From assembly GCA_004213515.1 (NCBI GenBank), contig SHAK01000001.1, positions 86,359-150,358 of the forward strand: a DNA stretch of 64,000 bases, given 5' to 3'. Source of the stretch: Limisphaerales bacterium. GTDB taxonomy: Bacteria; Verrucomicrobiota; Verrucomicrobiia; Limisphaerales; UBA1096. The stretch's first letter is position 1; each line of letters starts with the position of its first letter. A program made the position numbers and the translations under genes. The notes under the pieces are model-generated. The model had not been told where the DNA came from. It was given only the letters and a program-made list of their open reading frames with translations, and did not search any database. Shown here in pieces: positions 20,655 through 30,959 of the stretch.

Positions 20655-21518
20655 TTATTTATCAGCTGATTTTTTCGATCTTTTTTGAGCAAATAACCAT
20701 TTCATAAAATCTGGCTCTTTATGGCAGCGCTCACTGCTTATAAAAGTTGTACCATTATCACCACCTATAAACATTTTTTCAGCAATCCCGTGCTTGTCTC
20801 CACTCCAAATAGTAAATTTCATATTGCCTTTTAATTTTTTAATATCATCGAAAACCTTCTGGGCCCTATCAATTGGACAAACCCTGTCCTTATCCCCATG
20901 AAAAGCCCAGATAGGCAAATCTTTAATTAATGAAACATCAATAAATGCTTCAGTTCTTGGTCTACCAGCTCCGGCTGAAGGAGCTGCAGCAGCAAAATAA
21001 TTAGGGTCGATTTGTATGATAATATAAGTTCCGTGCCCACCCATTGAATGTCCAAGAATATATATTCTGCGCATGTCAACAGAAGGTAATTTTGAAATAA
21101 CACTCTTAATATTTTTCAGATCTGTAGCATTCCACATACGATTAGCTTGTGGCGCCAAAACATAACAACCGTATTCCTTTCGGATCTTTTCACCTGCTAA
21201 AATCTTGTTCCAACCCTTGAGTTGTTTGCGATTGTCCGAGCCTTTACCCCCAGCGCCATGTAAAGACACAATAACTGGATATTTTTTTTTAGAATTAAAA
21301 TTTATAGGAGCAAGGAGACGATATAGCATTGGTCCTTCAGAATTCGTTTTATATAGATCGACCCAATTATTCGAAAGCCTATTTTTCAATTCTGTCAGTT
21401 GCTTTTCCTTTTCAGAATCAACTCTATCACTTTGCGGTTTATCTAAACGCTCCATAGCTATTGACTGAGCACACATTAGTAAAATAGCTATGAATATGAA
21501 TAAATTTAATGGTTTCAT
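20655..21518 (-). CDS. Secreted alpha/beta-hydrolase esterase (phospholipase/carboxylesterase or PHB-depolymerase-like)
   Basis: A signal peptide, the GHSMGG nucleophile elbow and HGAGG are present. Length is 287 aa. Confidence 0.75.
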   Translation of the reverse strand: MKPLNLFIFIAILLMCAQSIAMERLDKPQSDRVDSEKEKQLTELKNRLSNNWVDLYKTNSEGPMLYRLLAPINFNSKKKYPVIVSLHGAGGKGSDNRKQLKGWNKILAGEKIRKEYGCYVLAPQANRMWNATDLKNIKSVISKLPSVDMRRIYILGHSMGGHGTYIIIQIDPNYFAAAAPSAGAGRPRTEAFIDVSLIKDLPIWAFHGDKDRVCPIDRAQKVFDDIKKLKGNMKFTIWSGDKHGIAEKMFIGGDNGTTFISSERCHKEPDFMKWLFAQKRSKKSADK

Positions 21519-21651
21519 CTGTGATGAGTTTAGTGACTTAATTTATACTTTTAAGTAAAAAAATGAGCATAATAATTATACCCTCTTGCTTTTCTAATAT
21601 AATTACATCTCCAATGATTTAATTAGCAAAATCTTCTCTTTAACCCTTGGC

Positions 21652-23172
21652 TTATTTAATAAATTTAAATGAAAATAAGTCTGCATCTTTCAATTCAAAG
21701 ACTAATTTGATTCCTTGGTCTGAAAGAGAACTCACTTTATAACTTAACCCGTCAGAACGAGTCCACTCTACAATTCTGTTTAACGAATCTCCATAAATCC
21801 ATGGACAATTTTCTATCTCATATCCAGAAATGTAATTCCCATCTGCACCAAGAATACCAACACGAATACCCCCTCGGGCTGAACTTGAATAATTAATAGA
21901 CAATTTATGACCAGAAAATTGTATCAGTTTAGTAGTTAACTTGCCTCCTTTCATAGGAGCAGTAATTGAAACAAACCCATCCATTCTTATTGAATATCTT
22001 CTAAGTTTTGCTGGTTTTCCGTTTTGTAAAGTCGCTTCAGTTAAGTACATTGAAAGCTCTGAAGGAGCATCTTCTGCAAGCGAGGATTTGGTTTCAACTA
22101 ATCCATTATTTTGATAATTATCGCCATAAAACCAACTGTCTTTAGCCCTTAATCCTGGACGGATAAAAGCCTCTTGGAAAACTGTAAAATTATTTCCATC
22201 TCTACTACTCATAAAAAGCCCCTCAGTAACAGCTGTTCCTTCCCTTATAGAAACTTTACTTCGTTGCTGTCGATATTCCCATTGTGGCAAATGACGCGTC
22301 GATGGAGTTAATCCTCTATCTTCATATCGTGTTGGAAATCCAACAAAAATATGCGGAGCCCTGAAATAAGGTGTAATCTGATTAGTATAAAGCTCACCTC
22401 CTCTTTCAGGGGTGTATTCCAAGAAAACTGGCTTTTTCCAACTATCCGTAAAAGAGGGGGAAGTCTCTGTCATGATGTCTCGACCATTTCTAAACTCCCG
22501 ATGATATGCTCTATACTCTCTCCTGACTGAGTCCCAAAAAGCAAGATTTTGCGAATCAAAGGCACCTTGAGAAATTATTGGTTTCTTTGTCGCCTTTTTC
22601 CAAAGAATTCCGTCGGCGGACACTAAAGGAAACAAAGGCCCCCCACCTATGGCTTTATATTTTTCGCTAATTGAAGCTTCAGGATTCAGATCAATAAAAG
22701 GACTAAAATTATGACATATGTAGCCTAATACAGGATCTTTTTCTGTAAGTATAATATTGTTTGCCTTTGACCCTTTAAACTCAACCAGCCCTAAATCCGG
22801 CCTCCTCCATTTAATCCCATCTTTACTCACAGCAAGGCAGTAAAACTGGTCATGCAAAGATTTCACACCTCGATCATAGTCGGCACCTCTATAATACATT
22901 TTATAGCTGTTTTTCGAATCTTTTATGACTGTTACATAGTTTAATCCGTTACCCTCCCAAGGCTTATCGCTAACAAAAACAATTTCTCTAGGAATAGGAT
23001 TATTTAGAGATTGCCTAGCAAAACCTTCAAGTTTCTCAATTAGATGATTATCTACAAAAAGTTCTCTTCGGTCATCAACCTTAAGTACATTAAAATTTGC
23101 TTTAGTTGAAACTAACCCATAAAGAACGAACAGAAACAGGCAATTAAATATCTTTATATTTTTCACAATCAT
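21652..23172 (-). CDS. Secreted BNR/Asp-box repeat beta-propeller protein (putative sialidase-like glycosidase)
   Basis: A signal peptide is present, and two Asp-box motifs SxDGxxW are visible (AVSKDGIKW, VSADGILW). Length is 506 aa. Confidence 0.6.
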   Translation of the reverse strand: MIVKNIKIFNCLFLFVLYGLVSTKANFNVLKVDDRRELFVDNHLIEKLEGFARQSLNNPIPREIVFVSDKPWEGNGLNYVTVIKDSKNSYKMYYRGADYDRGVKSLHDQFYCLAVSKDGIKWRRPDLGLVEFKGSKANNIILTEKDPVLGYICHNFSPFIDLNPEASISEKYKAIGGGPLFPLVSADGILWKKATKKPIISQGAFDSQNLAFWDSVRREYRAYHREFRNGRDIMTETSPSFTDSWKKPVFLEYTPERGGELYTNQITPYFRAPHIFVGFPTRYEDRGLTPSTRHLPQWEYRQQRSKVSIREGTAVTEGLFMSSRDGNNFTVFQEAFIRPGLRAKDSWFYGDNYQNNGLVETKSSLAEDAPSELSMYLTEATLQNGKPAKLRRYSIRMDGFVSITAPMKGGKLTTKLIQFSGHKLSINYSSSARGGIRVGILGADGNYISGYEIENCPWIYGDSLNRIVEWTRSDGLSYKVSSLSDQGIKLVFELKDADLFSFKFIK

Positions 23173-23661
23173 TAATGATTATTTTTGGAACTAATTCCTA
23201 TTCTTTAGTTTAAGTTTTTATTCGTCCAGATTAATATTTCAATTTAATTATATTTCTGACAGGAAGACCAAAAATTATCAGATTTTGGAAAGCTATATAT
23301 TAATTATAAATATAAAACACTTATTTTTGGAAGTGTTTTTCATCCTCATAATGCACTTTCTTGAAGCAACAAGATAAGAATCGAGCTCCTGTTCCAATTC
23401 AGATCTAAGCCCGTATATTATCAACGGGAAATCAATCTCAGATTCAATTTTTTTGTTTAATTTTAAAATAGATATATCAAGCGGATCTATTACTCATAAA
23501 AATAATACGCTATAAATAGCGCTATTAGAATTTACAATTTTATATATGATTTTTGATGTTGAGTTGAGAAACAACTAATTGCCAAATTTTATAAAATTAG
23601 TCTCATAACATTATCTCTAAGTTACAAACCAATTCAGAAATAAATCTCAATACCTATTCAT

Positions 23662-24447
23662 CTAATTTTTTGAAAGAGACTCCTTCCGAGTAAACACCCA
23701 ATTATCATCACTTGTTAGTTTTTGATTAAACCGGTATCCCATACCCTTAAATTCTTTCAGCCCATCAGGTTCGCTTATACGATTACGAATAATATAATCT
23801 GACATAGCTCCTCTAGCCTTCTTAGCAAAAAAACTAATGATCTTGTAATTGTCATTTTTTTTATCTTTAAAAACTGGAGTTATAACAGTCCCTTTCAATT
23901 TTTGCTTATCAACAACATTAAAATATTCGTTTGAAGCAAGATTTATCAAGATTTGATTGCCTGATTTTTTAATTGCACCATAAAGGGAGTTTGTTAAATC
24001 CGAACTCCAGAAAGCATATAAATCTTTTGCCTTCTTTATCGCTAGTTTAGTTCCCATTTCAAGTCGATAGGGTTGGATTAAATCCAAAGGTCTCAAAAGT
24101 CCATAAAGCCCTGATAGAATTCGCAAATGATTTTGGGCATAAGCAAAATCTTTTTCATTGTATTCCTCGAAATTGAATCCTGTATAAACATCCCCCTTAA
24201 AAGCCATTATAGCCTGCTTTGCATTAGATTTGGTAAATGGAAGACTCCAATCTTGATAACGCTTCTCATTCAAAACAGCCAAATTAGAACTAATAGACAT
24301 TAACGAAGAAAGATCACTCTCAGATAATGTCCGAAGTTTTTTTATTAATGTTTGTGAATGATCTAGAAATTCCGGTTGCGAATTAGACTTCGCTAATGAC
24401 GGCGTCTCAAAATCAAGTGTTTTAGCTGGAGAAATAACAGCAAGCAT
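23662..24447 (-). CDS. yaaA: YaaA-family peroxide stress protein (UPF0246/DUF328)
   Basis: The N-terminus MLAVISPAKTLDF is the YaaA family signature. Length is 261 aa. Confidence 0.88.
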   Translation of the reverse strand: MLAVISPAKTLDFETPSLAKSNSQPEFLDHSQTLIKKLRTLSESDLSSLMSISSNLAVLNEKRYQDWSLPFTKSNAKQAIMAFKGDVYTGFNFEEYNEKDFAYAQNHLRILSGLYGLLRPLDLIQPYRLEMGTKLAIKKAKDLYAFWSSDLTNSLYGAIKKSGNQILINLASNEYFNVVDKQKLKGTVITPVFKDKKNDNYKIISFFAKKARGAMSDYIIRNRISEPDGLKEFKGMGYRFNQKLTSDDNWVFTRKESLSKN

Positions 24448-24547
24448 CAGGGATAGTTTCGATAATCACAATTTAAGGTTCAAGCTAAAGCATAGTAATT
24501 TACAATAATTTTTTTATTACTATGCCATATCCATTCAAGTGCAAAAT

Positions 24548-25615
24548 TTAATCTGATTTGTAGCCTTGCCACATCCAAACAAGGGTATCTGCAAGTGTAT
24601 GCTCATATACTTGTCTATCACAATGACCAGAAGAGCGACTATATATAAAACGATAATTATAACCTTTTGTCTTGAGTACTTTCGCCATTCTCTTATTTGC
24701 TAGAACCCAGTTATGATGAGATGTTTTTGGATTATTTGATCCATTATCATTTTCAGATACATGCGTAAAAATACGCAGTGGCTTTCTATCACTTTTTTCA
24801 ATTAATTTTTTCCCAGAATGATAATCCCATGCTCCAAATGGATATATTTTTTCTTCTGGGGCATCGTCATCCTGTTGATCAACAAATGTTCCTGAATAGG
24901 TAATTATGCGACGAAATAAGTCAGGGCGAAACCAACCCATTGTTAAAGCAGCAGCGCCTCCAGAGCTACAACCCATTGTTGCTCTTCCCCAAGGGTTTTC
25001 TGTAAATGCTATATCAGGATAAACAGCTTTTATCTCCGGATTTTTTAATACAGCTGGTAAAACTTCATCATTTATAAAACTCACAAATCGATCTGAAATT
25101 GTATCGTACTCCAGTCCTCTTTGGCTACCTTTGCTGTCGTTACCCCCGTTTTGCACAGAAACAATAATAAAGGCTGGAATTTTTCGCATTGGATCTTTTG
25201 AAATTGTCAAATTATCAAGTGCATTTCTCACTAAGCTAAGCCGACTAGGACCGTCATGCATAACTAGAATCGGGGCACTTATTCCATTTTTATAAGCAGC
25301 TGGCACATAAACATAAATCTTCCTTTCCTTTCGAACAGGCTTCTTAGAATCCAGCGAAGCATCTGTACCTCTATAGATATTGCTATTGGCTAGAGGCATC
25401 GCAAACTGGAAGTTTCTTCCCTTTGGGTTTCCATTATCTTTTAAATCTGAATCAATAACATAATCTGGTCCGATTATGTAATCACCACCACCAAAATTGG
25501 GATTTTCTGTAACTGGTTCAACAGAATAAATTAACTCTAGATTGGAAAATAAAAGCAATATAATAGAATAGGATGAGAAATTGATATTGAACACAGAAGA
25601 CTTATTACCTCGCAC
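24548..25615 (-). CDS. Putative esterase (esterase D / enterochelin-esterase-like alpha/beta hydrolase)
   Basis: A signal peptide, GCSSGGAAAL around the catalytic Ser, and a C-terminal HxD region are present. Length is 355 aa. Confidence 0.72.
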   Translation of the reverse strand: MRGNKSSVFNINFSSYSIILLLFSNLELIYSVEPVTENPNFGGGDYIIGPDYVIDSDLKDNGNPKGRNFQFAMPLANSNIYRGTDASLDSKKPVRKERKIYVYVPAAYKNGISAPILVMHDGPSRLSLVRNALDNLTISKDPMRKIPAFIIVSVQNGGNDSKGSQRGLEYDTISDRFVSFINDEVLPAVLKNPEIKAVYPDIAFTENPWGRATMGCSSGGAAALTMGWFRPDLFRRIITYSGTFVDQQDDDAPEEKIYPFGAWDYHSGKKLIEKSDRKPLRIFTHVSENDNGSNNPKTSHHNWVLANKRMAKVLKTKGYNYRFIYSRSSGHCDRQVYEHTLADTLVWMWQGYKSD

Positions 25616-26007
25616 TATCGAAGCTGTAAAGTATTCAGACTGAAGATAAAAAAGTGTAGCGCATGAAAAGAATTGATCACTAGATGCGGATATAGAATTT
25701 CAATTTAGTACCAAGTATAAAAGAGCTAAGCAAATCCTCCATTAGTTCTTAACCATATATTTAAGCTAGCATGTGCTAGTATCTTTAAAATGGAAGATAG
25801 ATACTAAATCAAGAAGAAGCGTTCCAATGACTACAAACAGGCCACTTGCTTTGTTTAAGTTAAGGAATAGGCCCTTCCTTCCTAATTAGAATTAAATTAT
25901 GCTCAGCTTGATCCAATCCGGAAAATCCGGCGTCACAGGTATCAAATTTAATGTTTGGAGCTGGACTTCGAAAAAAATCTAAGAGAACTAAAGAAAGCTC
26001 CTTTGAT

Positions 26008-27285
26008 TTAGGATAGTAAGCCTTTTAATGGTCCAGTACTATCAGCAAAACGCTCCATACCTGTGCCCATTAATTGAGCTTGAGAGAGCCATAAATTGGC
26101 CAGTGGAGTTTTTTCAGGACAATTAAGAATGTGGCCAGTCTTGATACGTCCGTTAGCAGAACCTGCTACAATAATTGGAAGCTCATCCATTGTGTGGTCT
26201 TTACCATCTCCTAACCCTGAACCTAAAGTAATCATAGAGTGGTCTAAAAGAGTTCCTTCCCCCTCCTTAATCGAGTCCAACTGCTCTAAAACTTCCGCAA
26301 ATAACTCCACATAAAAGCGGTCAACTTGCGAAAGAGCCTTCTTTACGTCTTGTCTGTCTTGCGAATGGGTAAGTCCATGATGTGATTTCGTAAAATTTAA
26401 TTCATGAAAACGCTGTGGAGTTCCCCACCTTTCCGGTGCGAGCATGAACGTTGCAACGTGTGTAAGATCTCCTTGAAATGCCAGCACAAGCAATTTGCCC
26501 ATCATCCTTATGTACTCTCCACGCGTCATCGGCTCTTCATCCGGCTCTTTCATATCCGGCCGCTCATGCGTTGCGTAGTACTTGCTTAGCTTCTCAATCT
26601 GTTTTTCGATTTCTCTAACAGAAGTGAAGTATTCATCTAGCTTGTCTTTATCATGACTACTCAGATTCTTTTCAAAATTGGAAGCATCCTGCAGAATCAA
26701 ATCCGTAATATCCTTGTCGGATTTTCCCGTCTTAAAGAGACGCTTATAAACCTGCCGCGGATCTTTGATTGTCGTAGCTACATGTTCAGGCCCGTACCAG
26801 GAAATGTTGTCCAAATAAATCGATTCTTTGAGGTCTTTAAACGTATTACAATTCAGCTCCAAGGATCGAATAGGGGTTCGGTGGCTTACCTTATCTGCAA
26901 TCAAATGATCCAAGGTTCTGTCCATAGGGTAAGGTGATTTCAGCTCCCCATTAGGATTGGCTGACGAGAGGTAACATGAACTACATTGATTATGTACATC
27001 GACCCCTCTAACGTTAACCCGGGACAAACCTGTGATGAGTGTAACTTTTTTCCCCACTTTTTTAAGTGGTCTCAAAGTGGGCATCTCCAAAAAGTTTTGA
27101 TTACCCTTCTCAGGGAAAAAATGATCTCGCACAAAACCCATTGGCGAATAGAACGAAGCAAAACGCAGAGACGGGTCCTTTAATTTCTTTGTCAACGCAT
27201 CCTCTGCATACATCTCCAACCAAGGAAGGGCCATCACACCGCCTGCCGTCCCAAACAAAAACTTGCGCCTATCAATTTGATTCAT
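26008..27285 (-). CDS. DUF1552 family protein with a twin-arginine signal
   Basis: The N-terminus MNQIDRRKFLFGTAGGVMALPW is a Tat motif. The start overlaps the stop of the upstream DUF1592-type gene by 4 nt. Confidence 0.8.
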   Translation of the reverse strand: MNQIDRRKFLFGTAGGVMALPWLEMYAEDALTKKLKDPSLRFASFYSPMGFVRDHFFPEKGNQNFLEMPTLRPLKKVGKKVTLITGLSRVNVRGVDVHNQCSSCYLSSANPNGELKSPYPMDRTLDHLIADKVSHRTPIRSLELNCNTFKDLKESIYLDNISWYGPEHVATTIKDPRQVYKRLFKTGKSDKDITDLILQDASNFEKNLSSHDKDKLDEYFTSVREIEKQIEKLSKYYATHERPDMKEPDEEPMTRGEYIRMMGKLLVLAFQGDLTHVATFMLAPERWGTPQRFHELNFTKSHHGLTHSQDRQDVKKALSQVDRFYVELFAEVLEQLDSIKEGEGTLLDHSMITLGSGLGDGKDHTMDELPIIVAGSANGRIKTGHILNCPEKTPLANLWLSQAQLMGTGMERFADSTGPLKGLLS

Positions 27286-29912
27286 TGTTTCATCTTTTGG
27301 CTAAATACTAAGTGAACCGCCGTGTGTTTAATAAGGTCTCTCAATTTGTAATTATTACTCTCGCTCGCTTTCACAATTTCATCAACCGCAACTCGTTCCG
27401 ATACGATTAACTCTCGCCCTAAACCATAGGACAACAAATGCTTGGTGAAAGCCTTTGCAAACACGTCTTTTTCAGCAAGTACAGCATCCTTAAACCCAAC
27501 AACGTCTTTGAAAGGGTGCTTCCCGAATAATACACCACTAGCATCAACCTTCAAGCCCGTTCGGTACGTGTCTCTCCAGCGACCTAGTAAATCATAATTT
27601 TCCAAAGCAAACCCCAATGGATCAATTTTTTGATGGCAACCAGAGCATTGGGAGTCTTCGCTATGCCGATTTAATTTTTGCCTTACTGTTAGCCCCTCTT
27701 TTTCAAGTGTTGCGTCATCCGCATTTAAGTCAGGAATATTGTCAGGCGGGGGCTCCGGAGGATCATTGAAAATGACCGAGGAAACCCACGACCCTCGTGT
27801 GATAGGTAATGATCGAAATGGACCGGATGTCATCACCATCACGGCTCCCGTTGTAATCACACCACCGAACCTTCTATCTTTAAGTGGAGTTCGAGTGAAT
27901 TCAATATCACGAAGGTTGACGTTTATGGCATATGTAGCAGCTCTTCCTTGGTACCATTCTTCAAGTAAGTGACTGCGATAGGTGAAGTCTGAATCGACTA
28001 ATTCCATAATTGGCCTGTTCTCAATAAAAACAGTTTCAAAGTTTAGTAGCGGTTCCAACATCATATGCATCCCTCTCTTGTATGATATTTTGTCGTCGCC
28101 ACCGAAGTAGTAATTTCTATGAGTTTTGAAATCAGGTGATGCGGAAACTAAGTTGTTAATCCTTAGCCATTGAGGGGCAAAACTATCGCAGAAGTTTTTA
28201 ATACGACGATCGTTGAGCATCCGATCAACCTGGGCTTCGAGGACTTGTGGGTCTTGAAGCTTCCCTTCCCCTGCTAATGCCAATAACTCGTCATCAGGAA
28301 TCGAGCTCCACAGAAAAAATGAAAGGCGTGTCGCCAAATTATATGAAGCATGATTAGGCAAGTCGTCACTTGCCTTGTTGTGAACCATAATAAACCGCGG
28401 AGAAGCCAATACCCCTGATACTACATCCTTCATGCTTTTGGTGAAATCCCCACTTTCCTTATACTGCTTATCAAAATATTCCGTGTACAAATTTAAGGTT
28501 TTTGCATCGGCTGGAGACCTAAAAGCCCTGAGAAGAAATTCCCGAATGCGCTTATGAGCTATTACTTCAATCGGCTGATTCAGTTCTGGTTTAACATCAT
28601 TCTTGCGTTTCCAGCTCCCCACCATTTCCTCTTTGGCGACATCTTGTTTGCCCTTCGCTATCTCCTCAATCTGGGGCTTACTAAGCCCTGATCGAAACAA
28701 TCGAACATCATTAAGATCCCCGTGAAAAACTTCCTTCTGATGATACGATCCGATCTCCATCGGCTCCATACTCTGAGTGTAAAGCTTGCCCACAACCGCC
28801 TTACTCCCGACCTGCTTCCCATCCAAATAGAGATTCATTTCCTTCCCATCGAAGGTCCCAGCAACGTGATGCCACTTGCCATCTCCAAGGTAACTTGGTT
28901 TCACTGGGGCGCCGAATTCCACATATTGGCCTTCAATGCCCGCACCCATCCAAATTCCCCAAGTTCCATCTGTGTCGCCAATCGCCAATAACTGGCGCCT
29001 CCACGAATCCTCGCGACGAACAATGGTCTGCCAATTTTTAGTTACTTTTGTTGGGCGAATCCAAGCACTAATAGTCAGCCCCGTGCTATGCGTCGCGACG
29101 GATTTATCTGCGTTAATAAATCCAAATCCCTGGATCAATGGCTTCTGTGATGGATCCTGAAATAGATCATTCCAAATCTGACAGTTTTTATCAAAATTCT
29201 CAGCATTCACAACGGACCGACTAAGTTCCAAAAAGGCCTCCATGAGCGTTGGCGTCATACTGAGATGATCGCCGCGATTGTTGAACCCGTTTTCTGCGGG
29301 AGGATCTTTTGGAAATGCCATAACCCCCAGCAACCGATTCTCCAACATCTGCTGAAGCCCCATAATTCGATTACCCACTCTTGCGACTTTGGGCATTTTG
29401 CCGGTTTCGGGCCTGAAATAATTATTATGATCTCTAATGATTCGATCATTGATCGAGTAAACCCACGACTTAAGATCGAACAAGTCTCTTACAGCATTAC
29501 CGTATTCAAAACGATTCATCCGCCTAAGACTAAGTGGGGCGGCAGGGGTGCTATGAGCCATAGCATTTTTAAATGCATTCTCCAGCTCAATTAACATTAC
29601 TTTGCGCTGGTAAGCACTAGGCTGATTTTCCTCTTCGGGAGGCATTTCATTTTTATTCAATGCCTCGATCATTTTTTCAATGAGCTCTGGATTCTTTTCG
29701 AGATCCGCCCATGATTGGTAATCGGTTAGCTTGACCTTGCCTTTAGATTTTTTGATTCCATGGCAGTCGTAGCAATATTCTTTCAGAATTGGTACAATAC
29801 TTTTGTCAAAGTCATTAGCATATGCAGAAGGTTCTTGGGCCATAACCGAAGATGAGCAGGCTATAAATGCAAATAACATAAAACTAATAGCAGCGGGTGA
29901 ATTATATTTCAT
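27282..29912 (-). CDS. DUF1587/DUF1592/DUF1595/DUF1588-type protein with an N-terminal planctomycete cytochrome-c-like CxxCH and a LamG/concanavalin-like insert
   Basis: A signal peptide is followed by CYDCHG near the N-terminus. A LamG-like block (LTISAWIRP...GDLNDVRLF) is present, along with a conserved C-terminal Cys motif CSGCHQKIDPLGFALENYD. Length is 876 aa. Confidence 0.8.
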   Translation of the reverse strand: MKYNSPAAISFMLFAFIACSSSVMAQEPSAYANDFDKSIVPILKEYCYDCHGIKKSKGKVKLTDYQSWADLEKNPELIEKMIEALNKNEMPPEEENQPSAYQRKVMLIELENAFKNAMAHSTPAAPLSLRRMNRFEYGNAVRDLFDLKSWVYSINDRIIRDHNNYFRPETGKMPKVARVGNRIMGLQQMLENRLLGVMAFPKDPPAENGFNNRGDHLSMTPTLMEAFLELSRSVVNAENFDKNCQIWNDLFQDPSQKPLIQGFGFINADKSVATHSTGLTISAWIRPTKVTKNWQTIVRREDSWRRQLLAIGDTDGTWGIWMGAGIEGQYVEFGAPVKPSYLGDGKWHHVAGTFDGKEMNLYLDGKQVGSKAVVGKLYTQSMEPMEIGSYHQKEVFHGDLNDVRLFRSGLSKPQIEEIAKGKQDVAKEEMVGSWKRKNDVKPELNQPIEVIAHKRIREFLLRAFRSPADAKTLNLYTEYFDKQYKESGDFTKSMKDVVSGVLASPRFIMVHNKASDDLPNHASYNLATRLSFFLWSSIPDDELLALAGEGKLQDPQVLEAQVDRMLNDRRIKNFCDSFAPQWLRINNLVSASPDFKTHRNYYFGGDDKISYKRGMHMMLEPLLNFETVFIENRPIMELVDSDFTYRSHLLEEWYQGRAATYAINVNLRDIEFTRTPLKDRRFGGVITTGAVMVMTSGPFRSLPITRGSWVSSVIFNDPPEPPPDNIPDLNADDATLEKEGLTVRQKLNRHSEDSQCSGCHQKIDPLGFALENYDLLGRWRDTYRTGLKVDASGVLFGKHPFKDVVGFKDAVLAEKDVFAKAFTKHLLSYGLGRELIVSERVAVDEIVKASESNNYKLRDLIKHTAVHLVFSQKMKQ

Positions 29913-30269
29913 TTTACGTTAATTTCATAATGACATACTTATGATATAAATTTCTCACCACAGATTAGGCAAAGAATAGTTGAGCCTGCCGAATCCTTTT
30001 TTTGCCTCTAAATTTCTCCCCGCAGTTTGGGTAAGAGAATTTCAAAGGTTTTTATTGGTTAAGAAAAAACATTCCTCATTTTATAACTAAACTTCAAGCT
30101 CCATTCGTAAAGTTTTTAAAGAGAAATCGAGGCAAGAAGAAGGGGGAGTGCTGGGATATTTTTTAATGTAGATAAAAAATAAAGCTATTAGCCAATGTAG
30201 CATAATTTATAAAGCCTTCCTAATTTACGGCTCAAAGCTTGAAATATTTTAATATGTATATTATTATTT
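29913..30269. promoter_or_regulatory. AT-rich divergent intergenic region, presumed to hold promoters for the NfeD-flotillin-ATPase operon (+) and the DUF1592/DUF1552 operon (-)
   Basis: The 357-bp non-coding gap lies between divergently oriented operons. No specific -35/-10 assignment was attempted. Confidence 0.3.
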
Positions 30270-30944
30270 TTGAAATTCATAATCGTGAGTGAAATCATTT
30301 CAAACTTTCTACCACTATGGCAAGAATCTATAACGGGTGTAAACCTTCCTGCTACCTTGCTATTTGGAATAATTTTAATTTTTTGGATTTTTAATATTAT
30401 CGGAGTTTTGGGGACAGAATTATTGGACTTCCTGATTCCGGTGGATTTTGGCTCGATTGATATCCCGATACTATCTGGGGATACATTTGCCGGGATATTC
30501 GATTTCTTTTATATTGGCAAGGTCCCGCTGGTGATACTATTTAGTGTGTTTGGATTTGTTTTTTGGCCCACCTGCATTTTATCAAATTACTATCTTAATC
30601 CAGAAAAAACTTGGGGGATCGGGCTTATAGTTTTGGGACTAGGATCGATTGCTTCCATTTTCGCAATGAAACTTTCGCTAATGCCTTTTGAACGTTTCTT
30701 CGAATCAATTGCGAAGTTAGATGAATTGGATTCGCCTGATGCATTCCTTGGAAAAATTTGTACAATCAGGAGCCCGAAAGCAGACGAAAAGTTTGGCCAA
30801 GCTGAGATCGAAAATCCGGATGGAGCTCCGTTTTTGTTTAATGTAAAGCCCACCCGGGAAGGCGAGGTCCTAAAGCGAGGTGAATCTGCTGTAATTGTGG
30901 ATATAAAAGACAAAATTTTTAGTATTAAAAAAATAGATATTTAA
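30270..30944 (+). CDS. NfeD-like membrane protein (N-terminal TM helices plus a C-terminal OB-fold beta-barrel), the canonical partner of SPFH/flotillin proteins
   Basis: A hydrophobic N-terminal half is followed by a C-terminal segment (GKICTIRSPKADEKFGQAEI...GEVLKRGESAVIVDIKDKIFSIKKI) typical of the NfeD beta-barrel. The start is non-ATG: TTG at 30270, or possibly GTG at 30286. Confidence 0.72.
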   Translation: MKFIIVSEIISNFLPLWQESITGVNLPATLLFGIILIFWIFNIIGVLGTELLDFLIPVDFGSIDIPILSGDTFAGIFDFFYIGKVPLVILFSVFGFVFWPTCILSNYYLNPEKTWGIGLIVLGLGSIASIFAMKLSLMPFERFFESIAKLDELDSPDAFLGKICTIRSPKADEKFGQAEIENPDGAPFLFNVKPTREGEVLKRGESAVIVDIKDKIFSIKKIDI

Positions 30945-30959
30945 AAAAAAGATAAAAAA

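Noticed and set aside
26096-27311. A cluster of short plus-strand ORFs antisense to the DUF1552 gene
   Set aside because: There are no motifs, and they lie inside a coherent 425-aa Tat-signal protein on the opposite strand.
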